Shown piece by piece: positions 1-9,295 of a DNA stretch of 64,000 bases. The notes below the pieces were generated by a model. It ran no database searches and was not told the origin of the DNA. It saw only the letters and a list, made by a program, of their open reading frames with translations. The DNA is from Candidatus Thiovulum imperiosus (GTDB taxonomy: Bacteria > Campylobacterota > Campylobacteria > Campylobacterales > Thiovulaceae). Both the position numbers and the translations under genes were made by a program. Location: positions 1,284 through 65,283 of the forward strand of contig JAMJTW010000027.1 of the NCBI GenBank assembly GCA_024281175.1, read 5' to 3'. Every line of letters begins with the position of its first letter. Position 1 is the first letter of the stretch.

Positions 1-50
1 GGTAGGCAATATCGTCGAGGTAAACTTACTATTAAAATAGTACATGACCA

Positions 51-1004
51 ATGAGACTTATTTTACTCTCTCTTCCCCTCCTCTTTCTTGTTGGAGGGTG
101 TAAGAAACAAATACAGCCTGAAAACCCAAAAATACAGACTAAACAAAAAGCTTCAAACTTAGAAGATAAAATTAAGTCTTTAGAGAAGAAAGTAAAAATT
201 CTTGAAAATAGACCAGTGACTCATTCAAAAAATGGTTATGAACCTAAGATAAAATCCTTAGAGAAAAAATTCACACTTCTTGAAAATAAATATCAAAACT
301 TTATATTGGAAAAAGAAGCTGAATTGATACAAGAACAAAAGAAAGCAATTTCAAAGCTTAAAAAGTTTCGTGATAAACATCATATAGATTATGATGCAAA
401 AAGTTTACCCCAAAACAATGTTTTTCTTGTAAAAGTTATGAATGATAAAGGGATTAATTATGGGACAGCTTTTGCACTTAAAATTATTGATGGCAAAGAT
501 GAGTATATAGGTTTTTTTACAGCACAACACACTTTTGCTAACACAACAAAAAGTAGTTTAACAATAAAATTAAACAATATAAAAATACCAATTAAGAAAG
601 AATACTTTTATTTTGATAAAGAATTAGATTTTGCTGTTATTCACTCAAAAACTCTTTTTCAAGAAATAAAAAGACAACATAAAAGCATTCCAAAGCCAAA
701 TAAAAAAATCTATGGTAAAAATATATCAGTTTTTCAAGTTAATAAATTTGCTAGAAATTTTGAAACCTTAAAAAATAGAGGCTATATATTTTCAGAAGAG
801 TCAAATATGATTTATGCTCCACCAATTAAAGCAGGAACTTCTGGTTCTCCAATTTTTCAAAGAGGAACTGTCGTTGGAATGATTGTAGCTGAATTGGGAG
901 ATGTAGAATTGGTTGGAAATGATATAGGATTATATATTTCAATTGAAAAAATTTTAGAAAAGTTCCCTCTCTACAAAAAGTGTTTACATAAAGTTCCTAA
1001 CTAA
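51..1004 (+). CDS. Lipoprotein with coiled coil and C-terminal trypsin-like serine protease domain
   Basis: Lipobox-like LVGGC; repeated KIKSLEKK coiled coil; triad motifs TAQH, DFAVI and GTSGSP. Confidence 0.75.
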   Translation: MRLILLSLPLLFLVGGCKKQIQPENPKIQTKQKASNLEDKIKSLEKKVKILENRPVTHSKNGYEPKIKSLEKKFTLLENKYQNFILEKEAELIQEQKKAISKLKKFRDKHHIDYDAKSLPQNNVFLVKVMNDKGINYGTAFALKIIDGKDEYIGFFTAQHTFANTTKSSLTIKLNNIKIPIKKEYFYFDKELDFAVIHSKTLFQEIKRQHKSIPKPNKKIYGKNISVFQVNKFARNFETLKNRGYIFSEESNMIYAPPIKAGTSGSPIFQRGTVVGMIVAELGDVELVGNDIGLYISIEKILEKFPLYKKCLHKVPN

Positions 1005-1175
1005 ATAGCAACACTTTGAGAAGGTAGGGCTACCGAAAAGTCTAAGAGACATTTTTTACACTTTACGAGGAGAAGTGTGAAGTCACCTATAATTTGATTA
1101 GTCGTGTCTTGTGGAAAATATCCAATTTGAACTGTTGTTCCTCATTTTACTTCTCCATTTTCTGAAACTCTCTTG

Positions 1176-1181
1176 TATAAT
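1176..1181 (+). promoter_or_regulatory. -10 box for mnmG
   Basis: TATAAT ending 10 nt before ATG 1192; no SD in between. Confidence 0.55.
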
Positions 1182-1191
1182 TCCAAAAAAA

Positions 1192-3045
1192 ATGAAATAT
1201 GATGTAATCGTTGTTGGAGGGGGACATGCTGGAATTGAAGCGTCTCTCTCTTCAGCAAGAATGAATAAAAAAACTCTACTAATTTCTATGCTCTCTGAAA
1301 GAGTTGGAGCAACAAGTTGCAATCCAGCAGTTGGTGGACTTGCAAAAGGTCATCTTGTAAAAGAGGTTGATGCTCTTGGTGGAGAGATGGGAAAACTAAC
1401 AGATAAGTGTGGTATCCAATTTCGAATTTTAAATGAGAATAAAGGTCCAGCGGTTCGAGGTAGCAGAGCTCAAATCGATATGGATAGATATACAGTTGAG
1501 GCTAGAAATACTATTCTAAATACTCCAAACTTGGAACTTGCTCAAGACACCGTAGAGGAACTTCTTGTAGAAGATGGAAAAGTTTTAGGAGTAAAAACAG
1601 AACTTCAAATAGAGTATTTCGCTTCAAAAGTAATTGTTACAACTGGAACTTTTCTAAATGGTGTAACACATGTTGGAGAGATAAGGCAGGAGGCTGGAAG
1701 ATATGGAGAGTTTGCTTCAAAAGGACTTGCCAAGAATTTACGAGATTTAGGTTTTCGAGTTGGAAGACTAAAAACTGGAACAACTCCAAGAATAGACGCA
1801 AGTAGCATAGATTTTTCTGTCATGGAAGTTCAAGGTGGTGATGAAGTTCCAAAACCTTTCTCTTTTCAGACCAAAGAAATCTCTTTAGAACAGCTTCCTT
1901 GCTACATTGCTTATACAAATGAGAGAACTCACAATATTATTGAAGGAAATTTCTATCGAGCTCCTCTTTTTACAGGACAGATAGAGGGTGTGGGACCTCG
2001 ATACTGCCCAAGTATTGAAGATAAGATAGACCGATTTCGAGACCGAGAGCGACACCATCTTTTTATTGAACCTCAAACTCGAGAAGCTACGGAATATTAT
2101 ATAAATGGTATGTCCACTTCTCTGCCTCCAGATGTTCAGAGGGAGATGCTTCACTCTGTTAAAGGGTTAGAAAACGCAAGAATTGTTAGATATGGTTACG
2201 CAATTGAGTATGACTATATCGACCCAACTGAACTCTATCACACATTAGAAACCAAAAAGATTTCTGGACTCTATTTTGCAGGACAGATAAATGGAACAAC
2301 AGGTTATGAAGAGGCAGCAGCTCAAGGCTTAATGGCTGGAATAAATGCGGTTTTGAATTTGGAAGAGAAAGAGAGTTTGGTATTTCGGCGAGATGAGTCA
2401 TATATTGGAGTTCTAATTGATGACCTTGTTACAAAAGGGACAAAAGAGCCTTATCGAATGTTCACAAGTCGAGCCGAGTATCGTTTGCTACTTCGAGAAG
2501 ATAATGCTCATCTTCGACTCTCAAGATATGGATACCAGTTGGGTCTAATCTCAAAAGAGTTTCTAAACAGAGTAGATACTTTAGAAAAAGAGGTGTCTAA
2601 AAGAGTTTCTGAGCTTCAAGAAATTTATATGACTCCAAGCAAAGAGAGTTTAGCTTTTCTGGAGAGAATTGGACAAGACAAAATTAAAGACAGAGTTTCA
2701 TATCTTCGAGTGATTGGACGAAAAGGCTTTTCTAAAGAAAATCTGTTTGAACTTCTTCCAGAGTATAGAAGTTTGGATTTAGAAGTTGTAGAACAGGTTC
2801 TTATAGAGTGTAAATACGCCTCATATATCAAAAAACAGAAAGAGCAGATTGAAAAGATAAAAGGTCTTTTGAAAACCAAAATTCCAAAAAATTTTGATTT
2901 CCGAAAAGTGAAAGGACTCTCTACTGAAATAGTTGAAAAATTGGAGAAATTCACCCCACCAAATTTGGACTCCGCTTCAAGAATTCAAGGAATGACTCCA
3001 GCAGGAATTGATATTCTTCACATCTATCTGAAAAAAGAAAACTAG
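1192..3045 (+). CDS. mnmG: tRNA uridine-5-carboxymethylaminomethyl modification enzyme MnmG/GidA
   Basis: [48 protein letters not shown]; start moved to ATG 1192. Confidence 0.97.
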   Translation: MKYDVIVVGGGHAGIEASLSSARMNKKTLLISMLSERVGATSCNPAVGGLAKGHLVKEVDALGGEMGKLTDKCGIQFRILNENKGPAVRGSRAQIDMDRYTVEARNTILNTPNLELAQDTVEELLVEDGKVLGVKTELQIEYFASKVIVTTGTFLNGVTHVGEIRQEAGRYGEFASKGLAKNLRDLGFRVGRLKTGTTPRIDASSIDFSVMEVQGGDEVPKPFSFQTKEISLEQLPCYIAYTNERTHNIIEGNFYRAPLFTGQIEGVGPRYCPSIEDKIDRFRDRERHHLFIEPQTREATEYYINGMSTSLPPDVQREMLHSVKGLENARIVRYGYAIEYDYIDPTELYHTLETKKISGLYFAGQINGTTGYEEAAAQGLMAGINAVLNLEEKESLVFRRDESYIGVLIDDLVTKGTKEPYRMFTSRAEYRLLLREDNAHLRLSRYGYQLGLISKEFLNRVDTLEKEVSKRVSELQEIYMTPSKESLAFLERIGQDKIKDRVSYLRVIGRKGFSKENLFELLPEYRSLDLEVVEQVLIECKYASYIKKQKEQIEKIKGLLKTKIPKNFDFRKVKGLSTEIVEKLEKFTPPNLDSASRIQGMTPAGIDILHIYLKKEN

Positions 3046-3114
3046 TTAAGAAATAGGCATTAGTACACTCGTTTTCTCACGTATTTTTGGTAGTGCAGAG
3101 ACTGGCGAGTATTT
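3044..3114 (+). repeat. Repeat family 2, copy 1 (subterminal segment of an IS4/IS231-like end)
   Basis: About 71 nt matching the reverse complement of 22019-22089 with 6 transitions. Confidence 0.8.
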
Positions 3115-3274
3115 GTCTTTTGACATGTAGCTTTGGGTAGGAGATAGAGGAAATATTGCGATTAACTTTTTTCTCATCTCCTCTTCGGACAATATTGGAT
3201 CTTCAGAAAAGATCTTAAAAATACGGTCCTTAAAGTATTTTAGGTCGAGTGGTTACAACTTAGAAAATTCTATT

Positions 3275-4159
3275 TTATCCAGAAACTTTAGTTTTTTTAC
3301 ACTTCTTGTTTCTATAAACCAAATAGAAAATAGAGAAAGATACAAATAGAATTGCTGTTCCAGAGAGTAGATATAGAGCATGTATCAAATCTTTGTGGTC
3401 TCCAATTGATATTTTGAAAACTATAAGAAGTGACTCTATCATAAGAGCAATGATAATTGAAACTGTAAAGTTCATCAAGGTTTTTGGTTTGAAAGTATCA
3501 TTAATTCTATCACTGGAAAGAACCTCTTGTTCAAAAATTGTTTTTCCTAAATCAAAAATTGCCAATCCAAGTGTAAATGCGATAACAAGTTTAAAAATAC
3601 CTTCAAGATTTAAGTTTTGAAGTCCATCTCCCAAAAAGTGAACTATTCCATATACCGCTAAAAATAGCGCTACACCTATTAGAGAAATAGATATAAATGA
3701 GTAGAATGTTTTAACTGCAAACTCAAAAGTCTTATTCTCTTCGTAAAGATGAAATCTTTTTAAGAGTCTTTCTAGTTGGAAATCGAAAAAGATAAAATCA
3801 TCTTCTCTTTTCTGAATTACTGTAATACAGAGATGACCAGAATGAGAACTAATATAAGGCTCTTTGATAATTGTATTTCCGTTTTCATAAGGAATTCCCT
3901 GCTTATCAAAAAGCAGATAATCTCTTTTCACTCCAAGATGTTCACTCTTCTTTTTACCATCTCTCTCCATATTTGGACTTATCTGAACAAACTCCTTATC
4001 TGTAACATAGATAAGCTCAAGAGAAGGAAAAAGTTTATACATCTCATCGATATCTTTCTGCCCTATCTTTTCTTTTCTATTTAACCTTAGCAGAGTAGAT
4101 TTTATAAATCTCTCCAACATACTGTAATTCTCTTCATACACTTTAACTAAATGTTGCAT
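3275..4159 (-). CDS. PglG-like protein: PDC/Cache-type N-terminal domain plus 4 TM helices
   Basis: EPYISSHSGHLCITV Cache motif; C-terminal TMs with LAIFDLGKTIFEQEV; length like Campylobacter PglG. Confidence 0.6.
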   Translation of the reverse strand: MQHLVKVYEENYSMLERFIKSTLLRLNRKEKIGQKDIDEMYKLFPSLELIYVTDKEFVQISPNMERDGKKKSEHLGVKRDYLLFDKQGIPYENGNTIIKEPYISSHSGHLCITVIQKREDDFIFFDFQLERLLKRFHLYEENKTFEFAVKTFYSFISISLIGVALFLAVYGIVHFLGDGLQNLNLEGIFKLVIAFTLGLAIFDLGKTIFEQEVLSSDRINDTFKPKTLMNFTVSIIIALMIESLLIVFKISIGDHKDLIHALYLLSGTAILFVSFSIFYLVYRNKKCKKTKVSG

Positions 4160-4194
4160 CTCTACTTATCCAATTTTTTTGGAATTCTAACAGT

Positions 4195-6366
4195 TTAAAA
4201 ATAATCTACAATTTTAGAAACTTCTTTTTCAAACTCACTATCTTCATAACCATCAACCATCTCTTCAACAACATACTCTTTTCCTAATCTGTAAGAAAAA
4301 CTCTTTTCAGTTTTTACATTGTAGAGCCAAACATCGCCTTGGAAATTTCCCATATTCTTTGCAAGAAGACCATCTTTTACTCCTGCAAAGAGAGTGTGTG
4401 GATTACTTGCTGTTAAATCTAAAATTACTCTTTTTGGATTGAAAGGAGATTGATAACTTTGGGTAAAAAAGTAGTTGTCTAGTTTCATCTTTTCTGTTGT
4501 ATCAATAACTTCATTACTTTCATGAAACTTTTTTGAAAGATAGACTCTTTTTTGCAGTTCACCATTCTTAAATTTGAGAGAAGCATTTGAGTAGAGTGGA
4601 GAATAAACTTCGATATGTTTTCCAACAACAATAATATCTTTATCAAGAACTTTATTGATATCATAAGTTGTAGTGAGATAATATCCAGGATATCCAATTT
4701 TCTGCCCCAACTTGAATGCCATTAACATAGCTGAAGCGATTGTTTTTGCATGAAAATCTGTAATTAGAATTGCACTATTTTGTAAATCTGGATAGATAGA
4801 GAAAGGAAAAGCTAAATCTCCAAAATATTGTAATTCTGGTAATTCAACATGTCCATCTCCTTTTGGGATTATGAAATAGGAGTCATCTTTAATTGTTGCT
4901 TGAAGAGATGGTGGAGCACAAATCTCATCAGAGTCTCGTGGAAAGACAGAGATATCAAGGCGAAAATAGTTTTTTCCTTTTTTAAGTGCTTCAGCTGTTA
5001 CATTTTCTCGAATAGCAACTTCAAATTTTTGACCAAGAAAACTATCAATAGGTTTACTATCAATTATCTGATGAGAAAACTCACCATTTACAAATAGATT
5101 TATGAGAGTTTTCAACTTAGAACTATTTGAATTTAGTCTATTTATTGCAAACACTATATTCTCATCTGAAAACTCTCTTGTTGGATAAGTTACAAAGTGG
5201 AAATAGATGCTATTTACTCCAAAACCAGAAAAAGTTCTTGTCTGGAAATCTAAATCTGAAAATGGAATTTTCTCTCCAAATTGAATAAATTTAGGTGCTG
5301 TGTAGGGACGACTCTTTTTAGGTTTTGTCCTAGTTTTGACAACAAGATGATTTCCTCTTAGAGTTTTCATATCGCTATCTGTTAGGCGATAGATAGAAGA
5401 GAGAATTTCATCTTGAGTATCTCCTGTAATTACAAGAATACCTTTCTCTTCTCTATTTATATTTCTGATGAGGTTTATGTTTCCAGAAAGTTTTGAACTA
5501 TCATACTCTTTAAAAATTTCGTCCAATTTGTCTCTAGTAACTATCACAATATTGTTTGTATTGTTATCTATCTTTGTAGAGATAGTAATATCTAAATCTT
5601 TAAAGTCCATAATATTTCCAGCAATATTAGAAAGTAATCCATAGTTGTTGAAATCAGTCTCTGTTGGCAGTGTTGGAAATATGAAATTTACTCTATCTTT
5701 AGTTGAATTTTTATTATCAAAAATGAATTTAAAAATTGAACTAATTCTCTCCTCAAATTTTTTCAATTTAAAATCAAATTCTATATAACTATTGTGTAAA
5801 TCTATCTGAGTCCAGTAAGGAGATGGTGGAGTGCCACCACCTCCACCCCCTGAAGCAGCTAACTCTCCTATATTCATACAGCTATCAACTGTTGAGACTC
5901 CACTACCAACTCCACCACCTCCAACAGATGGTTTTGGCTGTTGAGTAATTGCAACACAGATATCGTTATATCCATCATAGAGAAGAGGCAAGGGAATTTT
6001 AGTTTCTAACTCTATTCCTCTACCTAACATTCCTTGATGAGCAAGTTGATACTCTTTTATAAATTTGTTGTTTGCTTTTACAGAAATAGTTGAGCTATCA
6101 CCATCAATATTTATAGATGGTGTGTAGTGAATAACTTGCTTCATATCCAATATCTCAAATCTATCTGGAATTGGTAAGTTGAGTTTATGTTGAGAGTATT
6201 GAGAAACAAGAGTTGAAGTCGTTTTATATGGATTTTCAAAATTCATATAAATTCTCATTCTGTAACTCTTCTCTCCAATTTGAGAAACAACAATTCTCTT
6301 ATCATCTAAAGGTGTTTTTGAGTAGAGAAACAGAGTTCCTAGAAACAGTAAGAAAATATATTTCAA
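4195..6366 (-). CDS. BcsB-like (cellulose synthase regulatory subunit) periplasmic protein
   Basis: Signal peptide; YWTQID motif; LPELQYFGDLAFPFSIYPDLQNSAILI resembles BcsB LPDL..F...GFPF....DL; QSPFNPKR. Confidence 0.65.
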   Translation of the reverse strand: MKYIFLLFLGTLFLYSKTPLDDKRIVVSQIGEKSYRMRIYMNFENPYKTTSTLVSQYSQHKLNLPIPDRFEILDMKQVIHYTPSINIDGDSSTISVKANNKFIKEYQLAHQGMLGRGIELETKIPLPLLYDGYNDICVAITQQPKPSVGGGGVGSGVSTVDSCMNIGELAASGGGGGGTPPSPYWTQIDLHNSYIEFDFKLKKFEERISSIFKFIFDNKNSTKDRVNFIFPTLPTETDFNNYGLLSNIAGNIMDFKDLDITISTKIDNNTNNIVIVTRDKLDEIFKEYDSSKLSGNINLIRNINREEKGILVITGDTQDEILSSIYRLTDSDMKTLRGNHLVVKTRTKPKKSRPYTAPKFIQFGEKIPFSDLDFQTRTFSGFGVNSIYFHFVTYPTREFSDENIVFAINRLNSNSSKLKTLINLFVNGEFSHQIIDSKPIDSFLGQKFEVAIRENVTAEALKKGKNYFRLDISVFPRDSDEICAPPSLQATIKDDSYFIIPKGDGHVELPELQYFGDLAFPFSIYPDLQNSAILITDFHAKTIASAMLMAFKLGQKIGYPGYYLTTTYDINKVLDKDIIVVGKHIEVYSPLYSNASLKFKNGELQKRVYLSKKFHESNEVIDTTEKMKLDNYFFTQSYQSPFNPKRVILDLTASNPHTLFAGVKDGLLAKNMGNFQGDVWLYNVKTEKSFSYRLGKEYVVEEMVDGYEDSEFEKEVSKIVDYF

Positions 6367-6465
6367 GCATTTCCTTTTTAAGAAAGAATAATAGCAAAGA
6401 GTCCATTTTGTAAAAATCTAAAAAAATGGGAGAGTTTATTAAGTAAATTTTAAGTATTTCTTTTC

Positions 6466-6471
6466 TATAAT
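6466..6471 (+). promoter_or_regulatory. -10 box for the tRNA pair
   Basis: TATAAT 17 nt upstream of tRNA-Ile, with T-tracts upstream. Confidence 0.6.
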
Positions 6472-6488
6472 TCCACTCACGAAAACGA

Positions 6489-6565
<77 letters not shown>

Positions 6566-6581
6566 TCGTTTCTATTCCTTT

Positions 6582-6657
6582 GGGGAATTAGCTCAGCTGG
6601 GAGAGCGCCTGCTTTGCACGCAGGAGGTCAGCGGTTCGATCCCGCTATTCTCCACCA
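6582..6657 (+). tRNA. tRNA-Ala (TGC)
   Basis: GGGGAATTAGCTCAGCTGGGAGAGC...TTTGCAC...GTTCGATC...CTCCACCA, 76 nt. Confidence 0.97.
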
Positions 6658-6705
6658 TTCAAAATATGATATCCTTATTTTAATCTTCAAACTCAAAGAG
6701 TCTTT

Positions 6706-8934
6706 ATGTTTAAAAAAATTCTTCGCATAATGTTGTTTTCATTTGGAATTAGTTTTATACTTATTGCTATATATCTACTTTTTCCACAATATCACACCAC
6801 TATTGAAAATAGAACAAAAGATATGTTCTTTCTTTTCAGAGACACCATAGAACCAAAGCAGAATATCTATATAGTAGATATAGATGAAAAGAGCTTGGCA
6901 CACTTTGGACAATATCCTTGGGAACGAACTATATTGGCAGATATACTCAAAAAATTGACAAATGCTGGAGTCGGAATTATTGGACTTGATGTTATGTTTC
7001 CAGAAGAGGATAGAACTTCACCTCACAAATTTGCTGAAAAGTTTGGACTTTACGGTAGTTTTTCAAATTATGATGAGGTATTTGCAACAACCGTAGCTAA
7101 TACGCCAACTATTCTTGGGTACACATTTGATTTAACAACAAAAGAGTTTGTTTATCGAGAAAACTCACCAATGATACCAGCATCATTTATTGAAGATGGT
7201 CTATCAGAACAGAATGATTTTATGATAGTTGCAAATGATATTATTGTAAATATCCCAACAATTCAGGATAAGAGTTATAGTAGTGGTTTTTTCAACAACA
7301 CTCCTGACCCATCTGGAATTATTAGAACAGTACCTCTTGTTATAAAGTATGATGATGAGATATTTCCATCTCTCTCTTTTGAGATGTATAGAATTATTAA
7401 AGGTGCTGACGCTGTATCAGTACATTATGGTTTAAACGGTATAGCTGGACTATCTTTAAAAGATATTTTTATTCCAACTGATAGATATGGTAGATTAACT
7501 TTAAACTTTAGAGGTCCAGGAAAAACTTTTGAATATATCTCTGCTTTAGATATCTACAATGAAGATTTTGATAAGGAGAAGCTGAAAGGTTCAATTGTTC
7601 TGGTTGGAACTTCAGCAGCAGGACTTCTCGATTTAAGAGCAACTCCATTTGACTCTATCTATCCTGGAGTTGAAATACACGCTACGGCAATTGACAATCT
7701 CCTTTCGGAAGATTTTCTTTCAAAACCGAGTTGGGTTGAAGGTCTTGATGTTGTTGTAATATTTGGACTTGTACTACTTCTCTCTATTCTATTCAACTTA
7801 GTTTCTGCAAACTTTGTTCTAATACTTCTTCCTTTTATCTTTGGAGGTACATTTTACGGACTCTACTATTACATATTTGAGAATGGAATTATGATAAATA
7901 CTCTCTTCCCATTTATTGCAATTCTAACAACAACCATTGTTTTAATGATTGTAAATCTATTTTTTGAGCAGAACCAGAAAAAATTGATAAAAGGTAAGTT
8001 TGCAGCAAAGGTTTCTCCAGCAGTTATGGAAGACCTCATCAACTCAGAAGGTGATGTTATGGTTGGACATAGTAGAGAAATTACTGTAATGTTTTCCGAT
8101 GTTCGAAATTTTACAAACATTTCAGAAAGTATGCCTGATGCAAAAACTCTAATTGAGTTTCTAAATGAGTATATGGACCCGATGACTGAAATCATTATGA
8201 AGTATGAAGGTACAGTAGATAAATTTATTGGTGATGCAATCATGGCTTACTGGAATGCTCCAACAGATGTTGAAAATCATACTGATAAAGCAGTTGCGGC
8301 AACAATGGAACAGCTTCACGCCTGTTTTGGAATTAATGAGAAAATTAAACAAGACCCTCGATTTACAAATACTGTTCGAATGGCAGCTGGAATGGGTAAA
8401 GAGCCTATTGAAATTGGTCTTGGACTCAATACAGGAGAAGCTGTTGTTGGTGAAATGGGTTCTTCTGGACGAAGCGATTACACTGCAATTGGAGACCCAA
8501 TAAATCTTGGAGCAAGACTTGAATCACTCTGTAAATACTATAACTCTCAATGTAATATCTCTAATTTTACAAAAGAGAGATTAGATGATGAAAAATACAT
8601 CTTCAGATTTTTAGACCTTGTTACAGTAAAAGGAAAAAGTGAGCCTATCGAAATCTGGCAAATTCATGACTTTGATTCTGGTTTTGACGGTAGATATCTT
8701 TTTGAAGTATCAAAAGAGAGAATTTTAGAAGAGTTATATCTATACCACTCTGCAATTGATTTGTATAAAAATGCTCATTTCTCTGAAGCATTAGAGATAT
8801 TTAAAGAGGTAAACTCTTGGGAAGATAAGACAAATAAAAATGTCTACGATATGTATATTGAAAGATGTGAACACTATATTGAAGAGCCACCAACAAACTT
8901 TGATGGTGTTTTCAAACATACAACAAAAGGGTAA
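6706..8934 (+). CDS. CHASE2-domain class III adenylate/guanylate cyclase
   Basis: IVDIDEKSL..GQYPWER and PGVEIHA (CHASE2); 3 TMs; MFSDVRNFT, DKFIGDAIMA, DYTAIGDPINLGARLES. Confidence 0.93.
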   Translation: MFKKILRIMLFSFGISFILIAIYLLFPQYHTTIENRTKDMFFLFRDTIEPKQNIYIVDIDEKSLAHFGQYPWERTILADILKKLTNAGVGIIGLDVMFPEEDRTSPHKFAEKFGLYGSFSNYDEVFATTVANTPTILGYTFDLTTKEFVYRENSPMIPASFIEDGLSEQNDFMIVANDIIVNIPTIQDKSYSSGFFNNTPDPSGIIRTVPLVIKYDDEIFPSLSFEMYRIIKGADAVSVHYGLNGIAGLSLKDIFIPTDRYGRLTLNFRGPGKTFEYISALDIYNEDFDKEKLKGSIVLVGTSAAGLLDLRATPFDSIYPGVEIHATAIDNLLSEDFLSKPSWVEGLDVVVIFGLVLLLSILFNLVSANFVLILLPFIFGGTFYGLYYYIFENGIMINTLFPFIAILTTTIVLMIVNLFFEQNQKKLIKGKFAAKVSPAVMEDLINSEGDVMVGHSREITVMFSDVRNFTNISESMPDAKTLIEFLNEYMDPMTEIIMKYEGTVDKFIGDAIMAYWNAPTDVENHTDKAVAATMEQLHACFGINEKIKQDPRFTNTVRMAAGMGKEPIEIGLGLNTGEAVVGEMGSSGRSDYTAIGDPINLGARLESLCKYYNSQCNISNFTKERLDDEKYIFRFLDLVTVKGKSEPIEIWQIHDFDSGFDGRYLFEVSKERILEELYLYHSAIDLYKNAHFSEALEIFKEVNSWEDKTNKNVYDMYIERCEHYIEEPPTNFDGVFKHTTKG

Positions 8935-8960
8935 CTCCCCCTCTTTCTAAAGTATCTAGC

Positions 8961-8988
8961 TGAAGAGTCTATGATTTTAGACTCTTCA
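8961..8988. terminator. Hairpin between convergent genes
   Basis: TGAAGAGTCTA-tgattt-TAGACTCTTCA perfect 11-bp stem. Confidence 0.7.
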
Positions 8989-9007
8989 CTCAAAGAGGAA
9001 ATCCTTA

Positions 9008-9295
9008 CTATTTCACCATATAAAGAAGAAAATCTCGATAACTTTTTCCTTTATTTAGAAAATATACTTGAAGAACATAGACTCGCCAAAGAGTTAAAAC
9101 TGCTTTTGCAAATGGAATAACAAGAAGAACTCCAACATACCAAGGCTGTCTCTTTCCTCTAACAATTTTAACAACTTCTATAAATCCAACATTTTTATGA
9201 ATTAAGACTCCAAACATCATTGAAAATAGAAAGTTTGCCATTATTCCAAAAAGAACAATGGCGAAAATATCTTCTGGATAGAAGCCGAAACTCAA
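9008..9295 (-). CDS. Small hypothetical membrane protein
   Basis: 95 aa, two hydrophobic segments, overlaps the tkt stop by 4 nt. Confidence 0.65.
   Translation of the reverse strand: MSFGFYPEDIFAIVLFGIMANFLFSMMFGVLIHKNVGFIEVVKIVRGKRQPWYVGVLLVIPFAKAVLTLWRVYVLQVYFLNKGKSYRDFLLYMVK

Noticed and set aside
1111-1191. N-terminal extension of MnmG
   Set aside because: It contains the -10 box, and homology starts at MKYDVIVVG
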